Shown here piece by piece: positions 1 through 9,017 of a stretch of DNA of 64,000 bases. The notes below the pieces were generated by a model that worked only from the letters and a program-made list of their open reading frames with translations, had not been told where the DNA came from and did not search any database. The first letter of the stretch is position 1, and every line of letters starts with the position of its first letter. Made by a program: the position numbers and the translations under genes. This DNA comes from an uncultured Clostridia bacterium (lineage in GTDB: Bacteria; Bacillota; Clostridia; Oscillospirales; CAG-272), in NCBI GenBank assembly GCA_944391805.1, contig CALXUY010000081.1:5914-69913 (forward strand). Reading direction: 5' to 3'.

Positions 1-62
1 CGGAACAGCTCAAGGTTCAGGTCATCTCCTAAGGTTGCCGCATCCAGCACCGCAATTTTCAT
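1..62 (-). CDS. N-terminus of a D-isomer-specific 2-hydroxyacid dehydrogenase-like protein (partial; the gene runs off the window)
   Basis: The reverse complement of 1-62 reads ATG AAA ATT GCG GTG CTG GAT..., giving MKIAVLDAATLGDDLNLELF. This is a typical N-terminus for this family. Only 20 codons are visible. Confidence 0.35.
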   Translation of the reverse strand, partial: MKIAVLDAATLGDDLNLELF

Positions 63-269
63 ATTTTGTTCCTCCCGACACGTGATCTGCCAGATATTAT
101 AGCACAAGCGACGGCAAAATGCAAGCCCCAGCCTTGTGCGGACGTGCCATGACCGAAATTTCCGGTATCGGAAACAGCGAGTGGTTCAGCAAATTTTGCA
201 AAAGGGCTTGCGAAACACAGCAAAGTATGGTACAATAAAAAGGATACTGAAAAAAGGCGGAAGGTCTCA

Positions 270-1868
270 ATGATTACCATCAACAACCTCAGCTTTCATT
301 TCGGCGGACAGCTTCTCTTCAAAAACGTCGATCTGAAATTCACACCCGGCAACTGCTATGGCATCATCGGCGCCAACGGAGCCGGAAAATCCACGTTTCT
401 GCGCATCCTGTGCGGAGAGCTGGAGCCCTCCACGGGAGAGGTCATCATTCCCGAAACGGTCCGGATGTCGGTGCTGCGGCAGGATCACTTTGCGTTTGAC
501 GAATTCACGGTGCTGGATACCGTGATGATGGGCAACAAAAAGCTCTATGACATTATGAAGGAAAAGGACGCCATCTATGAAAAAGAGGACTTTACCGAGG
601 AGGACGGCCTGCGTGCCTCCGAGCTGGAGGCCGAATTTGCCGAGATGAACGGATGGGAGGCAGAATCCGACGTCTCCCGCCTGATACAGGGACTAGGGCT
701 GCCGGTGGACGCGCTGGAGCGCACCATGTCCACACTCAGGGAGAGCGACAAGGTCAAGGTGATGCTGGCGCAGGCGCTGTTCGGCAACCCGGACATCATC
801 ATGCTGGACGAGCCGACCAACGGCCTGGACGTGGACGCGGTGCTCTGGCTGGAGGATTTTCTCTCGGACTATTTCGGCACGGTTCTGGTGGTGTCGCATG
901 ACCGGCATTTTCTCAATGACGTCTGTACCAACATTGTGGACATCGATTACAACGGCATTAAAATGTACGTGGGCAACTACGAGTTCTGGTATGAATCCAG
1001 CCAGCTGATTCAACGCATGATCAAGCAGCAGAACAAAAAGGCCGAGGAAAAGATCCGGGAGCTGCAGGCATTTATCTCGCGCTTCTCGGCCAACAAGTCC
1101 AAATCGCGGCAGGCCACCTCCCGCCGCAAGCTGCTCGACAAGCTGACGGTGGAGGAGCTGCCCGCCTCCAGCCGGCGCTATCCCTTCATCGGCTTTGACA
1201 TGGACCGGGTGGCCGGAAAGGACATCCTGTTTGTGGAGAATCTCTCCAAGAACCTGGACGGCGCTCCGCTCTTTCAAAATCTCTCCTTCACGGTCAACAA
1301 GGAGGATAAAATCGCGCTGGTGGGCAACGAGCAGGCCATCACCGCCCTGTTCCGAATTCTGATGGAGGAGGATACGCCCGACGGGGGCAGCTTCAAGTGG
1401 GGCGTGAGCATCACCAAATCCTATTTCCCGCACGACAACACCGCGTATTTTCAGAACTGCAGCCTGAGCATCATCGACTGGCTGGCACAGTACTCCAAAG
1501 ACACCACCGAAACCTACCTGCGCGGCTTTCTCGGGCGGATGCTCTTCTCAAACGACAGCGTGTTCAAGCCGGTAAACGTCCTCTCTGGCGGAGAGAAGGT
1601 GCGCTGCATGTTCTCCCGCATGATGCTGTTCGGCTCCAACTTCCTGCTGCTCGACCAGCCGACCGACCACCTCGACCTCGAATCGATCAGCGCGGTGAAC
1701 AACGGCCTTGCGGCCTTCCGCGGCAACATTCTGTTCTCCTCGCGGGACTACGAGCTGGTGAACACCGTGGCCAATCGCATCATCGAGCTGACGCCGGACG
1801 GCATGACCGACTTCAGCGGCAGCTATGAGGATTTTCTGGCACGCAAAAAGGAGCAGGCGGCAACGTAA
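270..1868 (+). CDS. ABC-F family ATPase (two ABC domains, no transmembrane domain; translation-factor/Uup/EttA-like)
   Basis: The 532 aa ORF has Walker A GANGAGKST in domain 1 and LSGGEK signature motifs. A Lys/Gln-rich linker (KQQNKKAEEKIRELQAF) joins the two ABC halves. A GGAAGG SD lies upstream of the ATG. Confidence 0.9.
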   Translation: MITINNLSFHFGGQLLFKNVDLKFTPGNCYGIIGANGAGKSTFLRILCGELEPSTGEVIIPETVRMSVLRQDHFAFDEFTVLDTVMMGNKKLYDIMKEKDAIYEKEDFTEEDGLRASELEAEFAEMNGWEAESDVSRLIQGLGLPVDALERTMSTLRESDKVKVMLAQALFGNPDIIMLDEPTNGLDVDAVLWLEDFLSDYFGTVLVVSHDRHFLNDVCTNIVDIDYNGIKMYVGNYEFWYESSQLIQRMIKQQNKKAEEKIRELQAFISRFSANKSKSRQATSRRKLLDKLTVEELPASSRRYPFIGFDMDRVAGKDILFVENLSKNLDGAPLFQNLSFTVNKEDKIALVGNEQAITALFRILMEEDTPDGGSFKWGVSITKSYFPHDNTAYFQNCSLSIIDWLAQYSKDTTETYLRGFLGRMLFSNDSVFKPVNVLSGGEKVRCMFSRMMLFGSNFLLLDQPTDHLDLESISAVNNGLAAFRGNILFSSRDYELVNTVANRIIELTPDGMTDFSGSYEDFLARKKEQAAT

Positions 1869-1958
1869 AACACGGGCACTTCGCGGAATTGCGACCGCAG
1901 GAAACTTCTGAAAGAAATTTCCCAGTGCCCTCTCAAAACACTTCAAAAGAAAGACATG

Positions 1959-1995
1959 GCCGGGCACCCCAACCTAAGGTGCCCGGCTCTTTTAT
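1959..1995. terminator. Bidirectional intrinsic terminator between convergent genes
   Basis: GCCGGGCACC (1959-1968) pairs with GGTGCCCGGC (1978-1987) around a 9 nt loop, followed by TCTTTTATT. The opposite strand also has a T-rich tail. Confidence 0.6.
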
Positions 1996-1998
1996 TGA

Positions 1999-4137
1999 TC
2001 ACACAATATCATAATTGGCCGACTCATTGACAATGAAGTACAAACCGTCATCGTACTCCACGATGAACCACTTGACTGGCTCCAAGAAATCGTCTTCGAT
2101 TTGTCCCTGTGCAACCACCTTCAACGTGGTGCCTTCCTCTATCTCCTTGGCTATACTTGAGCTATCCGGAGCGCTCATCGCTTTGATGTCAACGCTGGTC
2201 TTGATGGTCAATGTCGTTTCGGTAAAGCCGTAAAGCTCGAGCAGCTCGTCCAGCGAGGCTGGAATCTGTGCCGGCGTGCCGTCAGAATTCGGGGTAAGGT
2301 AGCGATAGGAGACAAAATAAAATCCCAAATCCTCATCCTCCACCAAAACCCAAGTCATGTCAAACTTGGAGCCATCCTCATCGATGGTTTCCAGCATTCC
2401 GTAAGCAACTGCCTTCACAACATCGCATTTGTTGAGCAATTTGACAATGTTAAAGTCCTTCCCGCCGCTGTCCTTGACAAACGAAGGACTGCTGCGGCCA
2501 CATACACTCCCAGTCGTATACAGATTCAATGCTTTCTCATACTTCACAAGTCCGGGATAAGCCTTGATCATATCGTCCAGCGTTGCCTGCTGTGGCGTCA
2601 AGCTCAGGTATTCCGAAAGGATGAAACCGGTAACTGTTTTTCCGTCAATCAAAACCTCTACTTTGCTCCATTTTTCGCTTTCGGCAGTCACCTTGACTTC
2701 CGTATCCAAGGCAATGGTTCCCAAAATTTCCGAGATGGAATCCTCTTCCGAAGCCAGCTTTCTGACATTCACACTGTTGACGTTCACATATTTCGTCTTG
2801 TTACAAATCGTAAACGTTTTTCCGGTAAGATCATCCGTACTCAACGCACTGGTAACCACAAAATACTCTACTCCCTCGTATATCACCTTGCTATAGAAGC
2901 TGCTATAATCGGTACGAATCATCTCAGTCCCTATTTTAAAATTAGTAACTTGGTTGGTATCACTACACAGCAGAAAATTCGTATTTTCTGCAATCACATA
3001 GACCATTTCGTACACCGAAGCAAATTTGCTGAGCGCACTGGTAGCCACATAATATTCGACTCCCGCACACCTCACCTTACTCCAGAAATTATTGTAGCCA
3101 GTACGGATCATTGGCGTACCCTCCTCAAACTTTACGGTTTGATTAGGTTTGCTAATCTGCCAAAAAGTAGAATTTTCTTCGATTACCATTACTGTCTCGT
3201 TGACTGAAATAAAATCCACATCGTCCGGTATCAAAAATTCTTCTAAACAAAGTCCATTCTTCATAATCGCAGTCGCAGCTTCCTCTCCAACAAACCGAAA
3301 GTGCCAAGGCTCGTAGGAATGCCCAGTTATACTGACTTTGTCCTCCGGATAGCGCAGGATGAAGCCGAAGCGGTAGCTGTTTTCGATGAGCCATTCATAT
3401 GCATCAGTCTCTTCAAAATACTCGGTCAACACCTCTCCGACCTCGTTGTACTCGGCATTTGTACCGAAGTCCACGCACAGCCCGGTCTGGTGCTCGCTGG
3501 TGCCGGGATAAGCCGAATAAGTCAGCACAATCTGCTCGGCCTGCTCCCTTGTGAGCGCCGGGTTTTTGCTCATCTCCTCATCGATATATCCGTAAAACAG
3601 GCTCTGCTGCCGGTCGTAAGAGCGATAGCTGCTGGTGACGAAAATGTCGGTAACACCATCCTCGCCCATTGCGATCAGCATGGAATAAAGCGCCATGGCC
3701 GCTTGGAAATTAAGTGTTTCCTCCCTTTGATTGTAGGGATTGGTTGGACAAATCAAACGTACCAGCGCATTAGGAATATAATCTGCTCCAAGTGGGTGTT
3801 CTTTATTCACCAGTACAAGATACTGCGGATCCAATTCAGTCATAATATTGTCTGGCGTTTCTCCCGATTCGTCCGGCGTTTCTCCCGATTCGTCCGGCGT
3901 TTCTCCCGGTTCGTCCGGCGTTTCTCCCGGTTCGTCCGGCGTTTCTCCCGGTTCGTCCAGCGTTTCTCCCGGTTCGTCCGGCGTTTCTCCCGATTCATCT
4001 GGCGAGATGCCGGAAGTCTCTGAAGTCGGACTTACAAAGACTTGAGTGCATGAGACAAGAATAAAGACAAATGAAATTATTAACAATAAACATATGGAAC
4101 CCAATCTGATTCGTTTCACAATATCCACCGCCTTCAT
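1999..4137 (-). CDS. Lipoprotein with a VanY/M15B D-alanyl-D-alanine carboxypeptidase domain plus repeated SH3-like C-terminal modules
   Basis: The signal peptide has the lipobox LVSC. M15B motifs are present: SSYRSYDRQ, EHQTGLCVDF and EPWHFRFVG. The C-terminus has duplicated modules (MIRTGYNNFWSKVRCAGVEYYVATSALS and MIRTDYSSFYSKVIYEGVEYFVVTSALS) and a bacterial SH3-like segment (KWSKVEVLIDGKTVTGFI). Confidence 0.85.
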   Translation of the reverse strand: MKAVDIVKRIRLGSICLLLIISFVFILVSCTQVFVSPTSETSGISPDESGETPDEPGETLDEPGETPDEPGETPDEPGETPDESGETPDESGETPDNIMTELDPQYLVLVNKEHPLGADYIPNALVRLICPTNPYNQREETLNFQAAMALYSMLIAMGEDGVTDIFVTSSYRSYDRQQSLFYGYIDEEMSKNPALTREQAEQIVLTYSAYPGTSEHQTGLCVDFGTNAEYNEVGEVLTEYFEETDAYEWLIENSYRFGFILRYPEDKVSITGHSYEPWHFRFVGEEAATAIMKNGLCLEEFLIPDDVDFISVNETVMVIEENSTFWQISKPNQTVKFEEGTPMIRTGYNNFWSKVRCAGVEYYVATSALSKFASVYEMVYVIAENTNFLLCSDTNQVTNFKIGTEMIRTDYSSFYSKVIYEGVEYFVVTSALSTDDLTGKTFTICNKTKYVNVNSVNVRKLASEEDSISEILGTIALDTEVKVTAESEKWSKVEVLIDGKTVTGFILSEYLSLTPQQATLDDMIKAYPGLVKYEKALNLYTTGSVCGRSSPSFVKDSGGKDFNIVKLLNKCDVVKAVAYGMLETIDEDGSKFDMTWVLVEDEDLGFYFVSYRYLTPNSDGTPAQIPASLDELLELYGFTETTLTIKTSVDIKAMSAPDSSSIAKEIEEGTTLKVVAQGQIEDDFLEPVKWFIVEYDDGLYFIVNESANYDIV
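3851..3999 (-). repeat. In-frame 21 nt tandem repeat (about 7 copies) encoding (PDE[P/S]GET)n in the VanY-like lipoprotein
   Basis: The unit GGCGTTTCTCCCG[A/G]TTCGTCC recurs directly on the plus strand. It translates as ETPDEPGETPDESG... immediately after the lipobox. Confidence 0.9.
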
Positions 4138-4298
4138 TAATATTACACATAATTATATCATATACTAACTTTATTGTCAATACAAAACAACAAAATAGTA
4201 GGGATAAGAATAGAGTTGATCAAAAATAAATTAAGAGTTAATAAAATAAATCAAAAAGGCTGCCTAAGAGACAGCCCTTTACATATTCAATTGCTCCA

Positions 4299-5447
4299 TC
4301 AGTCCGACCGGACATAGCCGTACAGTGTTTTTGCATCCCGCATGACCTCAGCGTTCTGAGAACACATGCCGGTGACCAACACATATGTATTGCCCGCGGA
4401 ATCGGTGGCAAAGCTGGCAAGCGAATACTCCCAGGTTTCGTACTCCAGAGATCCGGTTTTGCCCCCGCCAAGGGTGAGCGGCGCAATCGTAAATTCGCCG
4501 TATTGCGTCTCATAAGCTCCGATGCGCCCGGAGCCGGTATCCCGCGCATCAAACAGCGTGCTGTAGGAATAGTTGCGGTAGCTCCCCTCCGCACCGCTCT
4601 CATCGGTATAATACGCCAGGAACTCATAGGACGGTCTGCTGAGGATATCGGCAATCAGGTCGCATTGCAGCGCGCGAATCAGAATTGCCGTCAAGTCGGA
4701 GGCGGTGCTGTAATTGTTTTCGCTGTCATAGCCGATGATGTTGTCAAAATGCGTGTTCTGCAAACCCATTTTCGCGGCTTCCTCGTTCATCCACTGCACA
4801 AACTCGGCCTCACTGTCGGCAGGCGACTTCCCCACCAGATAGCGGGCCACCATAATGGTACAGTCCGCGGCGGATTCCACTCCGATGCCGTATAGCAGAT
4901 CACGGATCGCAACGCGGTCCCCCAGATATTTTTCCTCCGACCAGTGGCAGGTGGCATTGCGATACTCTCCCGCCTTGGTGTAATTCATAATTTCCTGATC
5001 ATATTCCACGCGCTGCTCCAGATCCTGCTCGGTCAGCCGCTGGCAGGCCACCAGAAGCGTCATGATTTTGGTCATGGACGCGGGGCTGAATCGGGTATCC
5101 GCTCCCTTCCCTGCGATGATCTCTCCGGTCCGGGCATTCACTAAGGCGGCATAGTCGGAGGCAATCTGCGTGCTCACGGTTTGGGTATTTGCCGTGCTAT
5201 GAGGCAGCAGAATAGCACCCGAAGGGGAAAACACCGGCGCCGATGAGCCGCCCGGTTCATCCGAAACAGTACTGCCGTCCGAACCGGATCCGGAAGTATT
5301 TCCGGAGGAATCGGGCCGGGATTGAACGGTCAGCACGGTCACGAGGACGCAAACGAACACGGCAACCACGGTAATAAAGACAGAAAAAGCGGCAACCGCC
5401 ATGCCGGACGTGCGTTCATCCTGCTGCTGTACTGGCTTGTGATCCAT
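4299..5447 (-). CDS. Serine-type D-Ala-D-Ala carboxypeptidase (peptidase S11, PBP5/DacB-like), membrane anchored
   Basis: The 382 aa ORF has an N-terminal transmembrane helix and the active-site motif SMTK (FSPASMTKIMTLLVA). A downstream hairpin at about 4253-4285 is followed by a T-tract on the minus strand. Confidence 0.8.
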   Translation of the reverse strand: MDHKPVQQQDERTSGMAVAAFSVFITVVAVFVCVLVTVLTVQSRPDSSGNTSGSGSDGSTVSDEPGGSSAPVFSPSGAILLPHSTANTQTVSTQIASDYAALVNARTGEIIAGKGADTRFSPASMTKIMTLLVACQRLTEQDLEQRVEYDQEIMNYTKAGEYRNATCHWSEEKYLGDRVAIRDLLYGIGVESAADCTIMVARYLVGKSPADSEAEFVQWMNEEAAKMGLQNTHFDNIIGYDSENNYSTASDLTAILIRALQCDLIADILSRPSYEFLAYYTDESGAEGSYRNYSYSTLFDARDTGSGRIGAYETQYGEFTIAPLTLGGGKTGSLEYETWEYSLASFATDSAGNTYVLVTGMCSQNAEVMRDAKTLYGYVRSD

Positions 5448-5617
5448 TCCTCAATTCCTCCTGAATCCGATTTCAAATCGATACCCCCATTGTAACGCAC
5501 AAATGCATTTCTGTCAACCTTTTTTTCAAACTTTGATAAAAAAGTTACATTTTTCACGCTTCGATACACGCCTCCATTTTTGTCACAATTTTTTTCAAAA
5601 AAAATCCAAAAAAATTC

Positions 5618-5646
5618 TTGACATATGTCAGTAACCGTGTTATAAT
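5618..5646 (+). promoter_or_regulatory. Consensus sigma-A type promoter with a 12 bp palindrome over the -35 box
   Basis: TTGACA (5618-5623), a 17 nt spacer and TATAAT (5641-5646). The perfect palindrome TGACATATGTCA lies at 5619-5630. The SD AAAGGAGG sits 7 nt before the ATG at 5679. Confidence 0.6.
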
Positions 5647-5678
5647 AGTGGACGGAGAAAACAAAGGAGGCCGACAGT

Positions 5679-6065
5679 ATGGCACGAACAAAAAAAACAC
5701 GAACCATCTGCGCCGCTCCATGCTTTTGCCGTTTCTCTCCAACCGATCTCCCATCTCGGGGAACACTGAGGCTGACCTTTGACGAGTACGAGGTGCTTCG
5801 CCTGCATGATCTGGAGCATATGACGCAGGAGGAGGTTGCCAGGCAGATGCAGGTGTCACGCCCCACGGTAACCGAAATTCTCATCACTGCACATGAAAAA
5901 ATGGCGGCTGCGCTCTGCTACGGCAGGCAGATTGTACTCGAGCGCGGCGAATGCGAGGTCTGCGAGATCGGCAAGCAATGCCCCAAGGCTTCGGCCGGAA
6001 CCTGCTCCGACAGGCACCGCTGCGGTGCAGTCTGCCGGAACAGAACCCGGACCGAGTCACAATAA
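5679..6065 (+). CDS. DUF134 (UPF0251) family putative DNA-binding protein with a Cys-rich C-terminus
   Basis: Family-typical N-terminus (CAAPCFCRFSP) and an HTH-like segment (LTFDEYEVLRLHDLEHMTQEEVARQMQVSRPTVTEIL). Confidence 0.7.
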   Translation: MARTKKTRTICAAPCFCRFSPTDLPSRGTLRLTFDEYEVLRLHDLEHMTQEEVARQMQVSRPTVTEILITAHEKMAAALCYGRQIVLERGECEVCEIGKQCPKASAGTCSDRHRCGAVCRNRTRTESQ

Positions 6066-6090
6066 ATCATAACGAAAAGGAGAACAGGAA

Positions 6091-6636
6091 ATGAAAAAGT
6101 GGAGATGCACCATTTGCGGAGAAATTGTGGAGTCCGACGTCAGACCGGAGCAATGCCCTCTTTGCAAGGCTCCTGGCGAAAAATTTGAGGAAGTGGTTGA
6201 GGACAACATGTCCTGGGCGACCGAGCACGTTGTCGGTATTGCGAAGGACGCTCCCGCCGAAATTATAGAGGGCCTGCGCGCCAACTTCCAGGGCGAGTGC
6301 ACCGAGGTTGGCATGTACCTTGCGATGTCCCGCGTAGCGGCCAGAGAGGGCTACCCAGAAATTGCCCTGTACTGGAAGGAGGCTGCGCTGGAGGAGGCCG
6401 AGCATGCGGCAAAGTTTGCCGAGCTGCTGGGCGAGTGCGTGAGCGCTTCTACCAAAGAGAACCTGACGGCCCGCGTTGCTGCCGAAAACGGCGCGACCGC
6501 CGGAAAATTTGAGCTGGCAAAGATGGCAAAGGCCAACAATCTGGATGCGATTCACGACACGGTTCATGAGATGGCCAAGGACGAAGCACGCCATGGCAGA
6601 GCGTTTGCCGGCCTGCTTGCCAGATACTTCGGCTGA
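6091..6636 (+). CDS. rbr: Reverse rubrerythrin (N-terminal rubredoxin-like CxxC...CxxC, C-terminal ferritin-like di-iron domain)
   Basis: The ORF begins [32 protein letters not shown]. ExxH di-iron motifs follow (EEAEHAAKF and [10 protein letters not shown]). The domain order is reversed relative to classical rubrerythrin. Confidence 0.9.
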   Translation: MKKWRCTICGEIVESDVRPEQCPLCKAPGEKFEEVVEDNMSWATEHVVGIAKDAPAEIIEGLRANFQGECTEVGMYLAMSRVAAREGYPEIALYWKEAALEEAEHAAKFAELLGECVSASTKENLTARVAAENGATAGKFELAKMAKANNLDAIHDTVHEMAKDEARHGRAFAGLLARYFG

Positions 6637-6647
6637 TCGGTGAGCAT

Positions 6648-6851
6648 ATGGAAACTACCGAAAACATTCTGATCTGCAAATGTAAAAAGGTGACGCTTGC
6701 AGATATCGAAAACGCGCTTCACGACCACACAAGCCTCTCCGATGTAGAAAACGAGTTTCGGCATGTGCAGGAAGTGACGCATTGCTCCACCGGCTGCGGC
6801 GGTTGTCACGATAAAATCATGGATGTGATCTCCTCCATCATCAGCGGTTGA
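6648..6851 (+). CDS. BFD-like [2Fe-2S]-binding domain protein
   Basis: The 67 aa ORF shows the Cys pattern C-x-C...C-x3-C-x2-C (ICKCKKV...HCSTGCGGCHDKI) typical of the BFD-like domain. It is tightly linked to rbr. Confidence 0.7.
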   Translation: METTENILICKCKKVTLADIENALHDHTSLSDVENEFRHVQEVTHCSTGCGGCHDKIMDVISSIISG

Positions 6852-6876
6852 CTTTCAGGCTGCCGGCTTTCATTAC

Positions 6877-6934
6877 AAAAAGACTTGTACGCTTCGGATA
6901 TCCGTGATATCCCCTGCAGACAAGTCTTTTTTAT
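6877..6934. terminator. Bidirectional intrinsic terminator (long stem with an internal hairpin)
   Basis: AAAAAGACTTGT (6877-6888) pairs with ACAAGTCTTTTT (6920-6931). The inner element GGATATC-CGT-GATATCC forms a second hairpin. T-runs are present on both strands. Confidence 0.6.
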
Positions 6935-7088
6935 TGCGGTACACGTCAATAGGCGCGCAGAGCCGTTGCAAATATGCCTTTGGCCGATTCCATGCGGCGC
7001 CCGGCTGTGAGCGCAGAAAAGCGCGCTCCGGTTTCCGATTGCCGGCAGCCTGCTCTGCCCGCACACACGGCTCCGCACCCGGGGGCAA

Positions 7089-8687
7089 TCAGTCGCCCAG
7101 CGCGTCGGTCGCCTGAACCGTGACCTCCTCGCTGTAGCAACTGAAAATGGCATCCACCTGTTTCCGGTCGCATTTCCGGGTGAACAGGCTGACCACCGGC
7201 ACAATCACCAGCCCGCCGAGCATTGCGAACACGCCGGAGTACAGCGAGTTCTGAAAAACAAATCCGAGAAAGCCGCCCTCTACATGGAACACCCCCAGCA
7301 TAATCAGAAGCTGTACAATTTCGATGCCGCAGCCGAAGACAAAACTTGCGGCACAGGCGGCGCGCGTCGTGCGCTTGCTGTACAGTCCGTACAGAAACGG
7401 CGCGATGAAGGCTCCGGCCAACGCCCCCCAGGAGACCCCCATCATCTGGGCAATGAAGGTGAATTCGGGATATGCGTCCTTGATGATCGCGATCACCGCG
7501 GAAATCACCACAAAGAAAACGATAAAGCCGCGCATGATGCGAAGCTCCTGCTTCCCTTCCGATTTTTTCCGCATCGGAACAATCACATCCAGCGTCAGCG
7601 TGGACGCCGAGGTCAGAACAAGTGAGGAAAGCGTGGACATCGACGCCGCCAGAACCAGGATAATGACCAGCGAAATGATGACATCCGGAAGCGTGGAGAG
7701 AATGGTCGGGATGATATTGTCAAAGTTCCGGAAATGATCCGGATCGCTGGTTAGCCGGTCGGTGTAAAGCCGTCCGAAGCCGCCGATGAAATAGCAGCCA
7801 CCGGCTACAATCAGCGCAAATACCGTGGAAATTATGGTGCCTTTTCTGATCGCGTCCTCATTCTTGATGGAATAAAATTTTCCGACCATCTGCGGAAGCC
7901 CCCATGTCCCCAGCGAGGTCAGCAGTACCACAATCAGCAGATACAGCGGCTGCGCCCCGAAAAACGAGGTGAACGCCCCGCTCTGCCCTGCCGACTCGGG
8001 ATAGGGACTCGGAATTTCCGAAAGCCTGCGCACAGCCTCACTCAGGCCTCCGTTGTCGGCAAGCACCGCCGCAACCACAGCGACAATGCCCACCAGCATG
8101 ATGATACCCTGAATAAAGTCGTTGATCGCCGTCGCCATATAGCCGCCGAACATGACGTAGATACAGGTCAGGGCCGCCATCACAACGATACAGACCCAGT
8201 ACGGAACGCTGAAGGCGATGTTGAACAGGCTGGAAAGGCCGTTATAAAGCGAAGCGGTATACGGAATCAGGAACACGAACACAATTACCGACGCCGCAAT
8301 TTTCAGCTTTTTGGAGTCAAAACGCTTGTCAAAAAAATCCGGCATGGTCTTGCTCCCGATATGATTGGTCATCAGGCGTGTGCGTCTGCCCAGGACCACC
8401 CAGGCCAGAAGCGATCCGATGAATGCGTTCCCAAGCCCGATCCATGTTGAAGCCAAACCGAAGTTCCAGCCGAACTGCCCGGCGTAACCGACGAAAATCA
8501 CGGCGGAAAAATACGATGTACCAAAGGCGAAGGCGGTCAGCCATGGGCCAACGTTTCGCCCGCCAAGCACAAACCCGTTCACAGAGTTTGCATGCCTGCG
8601 GCAATAAAGCCCGATTCCAATCATCAAAGAGAAGAACAGGATCAGTAAAATTACGGTCAGAACGGTTGCTGAGGTTGCCATTTGCAT
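7089..8687 (-). CDS. Sodium:solute symporter family (SSF) transporter, PutP/PanF-like; substrate unknown, possibly an aromatic amino acid (see the T-box)
   Basis: Multi-pass membrane protein with an SSF-typical N-terminus (GFVLGGRNVGPWLTAFAFGTSYFSAVIFVGYAGQFGW). The start was chosen among the clustered ATGs at 8681-8693 just after the SD GAAAGGA. The upstream part of the 567 aa ORF is the T-box leader and is not coding. Confidence 0.85.
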   Translation of the reverse strand: MQMATSATVLTVILLILFFSLMIGIGLYCRRHANSVNGFVLGGRNVGPWLTAFAFGTSYFSAVIFVGYAGQFGWNFGLASTWIGLGNAFIGSLLAWVVLGRRTRLMTNHIGSKTMPDFFDKRFDSKKLKIAASVIVFVFLIPYTASLYNGLSSLFNIAFSVPYWVCIVVMAALTCIYVMFGGYMATAINDFIQGIIMLVGIVAVVAAVLADNGGLSEAVRRLSEIPSPYPESAGQSGAFTSFFGAQPLYLLIVVLLTSLGTWGLPQMVGKFYSIKNEDAIRKGTIISTVFALIVAGGCYFIGGFGRLYTDRLTSDPDHFRNFDNIIPTILSTLPDVIISLVIILVLAASMSTLSSLVLTSASTLTLDVIVPMRKKSEGKQELRIMRGFIVFFVVISAVIAIIKDAYPEFTFIAQMMGVSWGALAGAFIAPFLYGLYSKRTTRAACAASFVFGCGIEIVQLLIMLGVFHVEGGFLGFVFQNSLYSGVFAMLGGLVIVPVVSLFTRKCDRKQVDAIFSCYSEEVTVQATDALGD

Positions 8688-8714
8688 CATCATCCTTTCA
8701 TTTTCAGATATCGG

Positions 8715-9010
8715 AGCTGCGGCAAACAGCATCAAAAAAACCGCCCTCCGTTCGGAACAGAGGGCGGAAAACCTTCCGCGGTACCACCTCAATTCGCCAC
8801 TTCCTCACGGAAATGACCTCGGCAAGCACGGCACATTTCTGCGCTTATGCTCATTCCGCGATAACGGGCGAACCCGGTGAAAGCCTACTCCAAATTTCAG
8901 CCCACAGCTCTCGGGATGTATTCACACAGGCGGCGGCTTACCGTTTTGCACCCACCAACGGCTCTCTGAAAACCTCACGCACCCGGTTACTTCTTCCCGG
9001 TCATGGCCAT
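8715..9010 (-). promoter_or_regulatory. T-box riboswitch leader (tRNA-sensing transcription attenuator)
   Basis: On the minus strand the canonical T-box sequence AAUUGAGGUGGUACCGCG lies at about 8777-8795. It is immediately followed by the terminator CCGCCCUCUGUUCCGAACGGAGGGCGG plus U7. Stem I elements are present: the AG-bay AGAGAG (about 8962-8967) and the distal loop GGUGCAAA. A candidate specifier context GAA-UAC-A places UAC at 8918-8920. Confidence 0.8.
8734..8767 (-). terminator. T-box attenuator terminator hairpin
   Basis: CCGCCCTC pairs with GAGGGCGG (10-11 bp stem) and is followed by TTTTTTT on the minus strand. Its 5' arm can alternatively pair with the T-box sequence as an antiterminator. 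Confidence 0.8.
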
Positions 9011-9017
9011 TGCCGAT

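Noticed and set aside
59-488. Minus-strand ORFs 59-286 and 267-488 at the left end.
   Set aside because: The first spans the intergenic promoter region, and the second is antisense to the ABC-F gene. Neither has an SD or recognisable motifs. The real minus-strand gene starts at 62 and runs leftwards out of the window.
3851-3999. Tandem 21 nt repeats that could superficially look like a CRISPR or minisatellite array. The same applies to 47228-47380 and 59529-59625.
   Set aside because: The units are directly adjacent with no spacers. They are multiples of 3 nt and lie in-frame within ORFs or a candidate small ORF. There are no cas genes. They are coding or low-complexity repeats, not CRISPR.
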